Below are positions 28,543-30,360 of a stretch of 30,360 nt of DNA, in pieces (position 1 is the stretch's first letter; each line of letters opens with the position of its first letter). The DNA is taken from NCBI GenBank assembly GCA_963977445.1, contig CAXBPH010000060.1, positions 1 through 30,360 of the forward strand. The letters are read 5' to 3'. Under the pieces are notes generated by a model, which searched no databases, had not been told where the DNA came from, and saw only the letters and a list, made by a program, of their open reading frames with translations. The position numbers were made by a program, and so were the translations under genes. Source of the stretch: an uncultured bacterium (lineage in GTDB: Bacteria; Hydrogenedentota; Hydrogenedentia; Hydrogenedentales; JAEUWI01).

Positions 28543-30360
28543 TTATTTCAGCCAATACTGGCGTTTGTAGGCTTCCATCTGTGCTTCAAACTGCTCTTCC
28601 GGTGTACCGGGAGTGTCTGCGTTCGCCGCGACGTCCGGATAGTCGGCCGGGTCGGTGGAGAAGGCGTGGAGGAGCATGGGGGATACCGGCGGCTCCGTGA
28701 TGGTGGCAAGGCGCAATCCGTCGGGGCTGAAGGCAACCTGCGTCGGTTGGGCGACCTCCACGTCAGCCAGCACCGCCGCCTCTTGCAGGGTGGTAATCAG
28801 ATTGCCGTTTTTCACATCCCAGATTTTGAAGCTGCGGTCGTTGCTCCCCGTAACCAGGCGATTCCCGTCGGGGCTGAAGGCCATGTCCTTAATTTCGCCC
28901 GTGTGCCCACGCAGGGCGATGGGCGCGGAGACAGCACTGCCGTCGAAGTGCCAAAGGGCTGTCCGACCCTGCTTGTCACCGGTGGCCAGCAGCATACCGT
29001 CCGGCGATATTTCAAGGGAGGAGATGCCACTTTCGTGAATCTCCGTGCCGTCCGGATAGAGGAAGGCAGGCTCACTCATCGTATTGGCCGTCGTATCCCA
29101 CAGCGTTATACTGCCGTGGTCTGTGCCGGCGTTGTCCTCATTCTGGTCGTCCCGGGCCAACGCAAGTACACCGCTGGAAGGCGTGAAGAATGTCCGTAGC
29201 CCGGTGACGCCAACGACTTCCGTGGAGGCTATATCCGTGCCGTCTGCAAGGCTCTTAAGCACCGCCATATAGGGGCCGTCTGCTTTCTTGTAGCATATCG
29301 CGACCTGGCTGCCATCGGCGGAGATTCGATAGTTGGGTGTGTTTGCCTTGTCCAATTCCCCAATAAGCGCTTCATCCAGTAGTGGGGTGAAAGTCTTGGC
29401 TTCCCGGTCGAATTGGACAATGTCTTTGCCGGCGGCAATAAGCAACTGGCTATCCCCCGAGACAAAATTAATGGTGTCCCGACTACGGAGTCCTGTGGGC
29501 ACATTCTCCAGGAGCTCACCCGAGGTTACGTCCCAGATTCGGAGGGTTTCGTTATCCCCCTCCTGGCCGACCGAGGCCACCAGAGTTCCCCCATCATTCA
29601 GCGTCAGGGCCTTGGAAGCCTGCCCGTGGCTTTCGAGCATGTGGAGGCGGTGGCCTGTGCTGCCTTGCCACAGCACAACATGGGAATCTGTCGTGCCGGC
29701 GAAGATGTCCCCCGCCGAACTGTAGGTGGCGAGTTTAAAACCGGCAAGTTCCGTGGGTGCGAAATCCAGGTCGGCACTGAGATCCCAGACCTTGGCCATG
29801 CCCGCGAGATCCGATGTGGCCAGCCGGAGGTCATCCTGGCTGAAGGCGACGGTGAAGATGTTGGCCCCGTGGCCCCGGTAGGTCTTCAGCGGCAGCAAAC
29901 CGGGAACGGACCACAGGCGAATCGTCTTGTCGTCACTCACGGTTGCCAGCCGCGTACCGTCGTTGCTGAAACGAACGGCACGAATGGCGTCTTCGTGGGC
30001 CTTGGGAATGGCCTTCAGCAGTTGCCCGTCGCTATTGCAGAGGAGGAGGCCCCCTTCTTTTTCGCCGGCCGCCACGTAGGCACCGTCGGGACTAAACTTA
30101 ACAACGTCGGGCAGGCCAAACTTTACGCGCGTCATGGCTTCGCCCCGCCAGTCGCCGGTGCTGATGTCCCACAGCCCCAGCCGGTTATCCATCCCAAAGG
30201 CCAACAGTTCGTTGCTTGGACTGAAAGACGCTGCGTGAATAGAGTTGATGCTGTCTTTGGGCAGCAGGGCGTTCTTGATGAGATCACCCGAGGGAATGGC
30301 GAAGACCTGAAAGCGCCGCTCCATGCCTTCGTCACCGAAGACTTCTCGTACGACCAACAA
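28543..30360 (-). CDS. Large WD40-repeat protein, partial (5' end beyond the right edge)
   Basis: 605 open codons with repeated AHEDAIRAVRFSNDG...IRLW, GHGANIFTVAFSQD...KVWD, GHTGEIKDMAFSPDG...KIWD units. Confidence 0.92.
   Translation of the reverse strand: MLVVREVFGDEGMERRFQVFAIPSGDLIKNALLPKDSINSIHAASFSPSNELLAFGMDNRLGLWDISTGDWRGEAMTRVKFGLPDVVKFSPDGAYVAAGEKEGGLLLCNSDGQLLKAIPKAHEDAIRAVRFSNDGTRLATVSDDKTIRLWSVPGLLPLKTYRGHGANIFTVAFSQDDLRLATSDLAGMAKVWDLSADLDFAPTELAGFKLATYSSAGDIFAGTTDSHVVLWQGSTGHRLHMLESHGQASKALTLNDGGTLVASVGQEGDNETLRIWDVTSGELLENVPTGLRSRDTINFVSGDSQLLIAAGKDIVQFDREAKTFTPLLDEALIGELDKANTPNYRISADGSQVAICYKKADGPYMAVLKSLADGTDIASTEVVGVTGLRTFFTPSSGVLALARDDQNEDNAGTDHGSITLWDTTANTMSEPAFLYPDGTEIHESGISSLEISPDGMLLATGDKQGRTALWHFDGSAVSAPIALRGHTGEIKDMAFSPDGNRLVTGSNDRSFKIWDVKNGNLITTLQEAAVLADVEVAQPTQVAFSPDGLRLATITEPPVSPMLLHAFSTDPADYPDVAANADTPGTPEEQFEAQMEAYKRQYWLK

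Overview
Bacterial chromosomal window, gene-dense, with no rRNA, tRNA, CRISPR array or mobile element recognisable. Left to right: (1) the start of a minus-strand V/A-type ATP synthase operon (peripheral-stalk subunit G/H and subunit I, which runs off the left edge and is missing from the ORF track); (2) a ~975-bp divergent intergenic region whose right half is a dense run of hairpins, three with GAGA tetraloops; (3) a complete 12-gene respiratory operon, alternative complex III (actABCDEFG) + SCO + an A2-type caa3 oxidase (subunits II, I, III, IV), closed by a strong terminator; (4) a thioredoxin-like lipoprotein, an Sfp-type PPTase and a stand-alone response regulator; (5) a five-gene Planctomycete-type operon of unknown function: Tat-exported DUF1501, a PPC-repeat protein, an Ig-like/heme c DUF1549-DUF1553 protein, a small coiled-coil protein and a cytochrome c-WD40 protein; (6) minus-strand genes for a PilZ protein, a lipoprotein, a possible Sm/Hfq-fold protein and a partial WD40 protein. 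Main observations: a frameshift separates the PPC protein from its signal peptide; the small coiled-coil gene is a paralogue of the N-terminus of its neighbour; a candidate structured leader RNA precedes actA; the DUF1549 protein has an atypical CX4CH heme motif. The gene mix suggests a PVC-like or Hydrogenedentota-like organism (inference only). All family calls come from reading motifs by eye; no database search or folding program was run.
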